In this document: piece by piece, positions 63,773-64,000 of the stretch
Numbering within the stretch: the stretch's first letter is position 1
Layout of the letters: every line of letters starts with the position of its first letter
Source of the DNA: Octopus sinensis
Taxonomy: Eukaryota
DNA length: 64,000 bases
Assembly: GCF_006345805.1 (NCBI RefSeq)
Contig: NC_043014.1
Location: forward strand, 36,146,001 to 36,210,000
Direction: 5' to 3'
The notes under the pieces: generated by a model
Seen by the model: the letters and a program-made list of their open reading frames with translations, nothing else
What the model was told of the DNA's origin: nothing
Database searches by the model: none
Translations under genes and position numbers: made by a program

Positions 63773-64000
63773 TAATGTGGCTTAGTGGTTAGGGCATTCG
63801 GCTCGTGATTGTAAGGTCTGAGTTCAATTCCCGGCGACGCGTTGTGTCCTTGAGCAAGTCATTTTTTCACGTTGCTCCAGTCCACTCAGCTGGCAAAAAT
63901 GAGTAGTACCTGTATTTCAAAGGGCCGGCCTTGTCACACTCTGTGTCACGCTAAATCTCCCTGAGAACAACGTTAGGAGTACGTGTGTCTGTGGATTGCT
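63773..64000 (+). mobile_element. tRNA-derived SINE, runs off the window end
   Basis: A box TGGCTTAGTGGTT, B box GAGTTCAATTCCC, CCTTGAGCAAG block; middle matches 48960-49095(-). Confidence 0.85.

Overview
AT-rich, repeat-dense eukaryotic DNA. The repeat families and microsatellite load suggest a coleoid cephalopod, probably Octopus (inference). Most of the window (623-52924, + strand) is a spliced ABCC1/MRP1-type ABC transporter. I traced 26 coding exons in one continuous frame (4020 nt, 1339 aa plus stop) from the last TMD0 helix to the C-terminus; the 5' exons lie upstream of the window. One intron uses a GC donor. A single-exon MORN2 gene lies at 59732-60196 (+). Introns and intergenic DNA hold RTE, CR1 and CRE retrotransposon fragments, at least three tRNA-derived SINE families, mariner, piggyBac-like, Merlin-like and hAT-like DNA elements, short Helitrons, palindromes and compound microsatellites. 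Most supplied ORFs are microsatellite or repeat artefacts. The most unusual signals are: (1) several unrelated minimal type-I hammerhead-ribozyme-like motifs in the ABCC introns, each with core lesions; (2) non-conservative changes in the MRP1 substrate pocket; (3) a ~310-bp near-perfect intronic palindrome; (4) a cluster of Merlin-like MITEs carrying a TTAGGG-looped G-quadruplex motif; (5) the intronless MORN2. Human ABCC1 exon sizes and residue numbers are recalled, not looked up, and need confirming by alignment.
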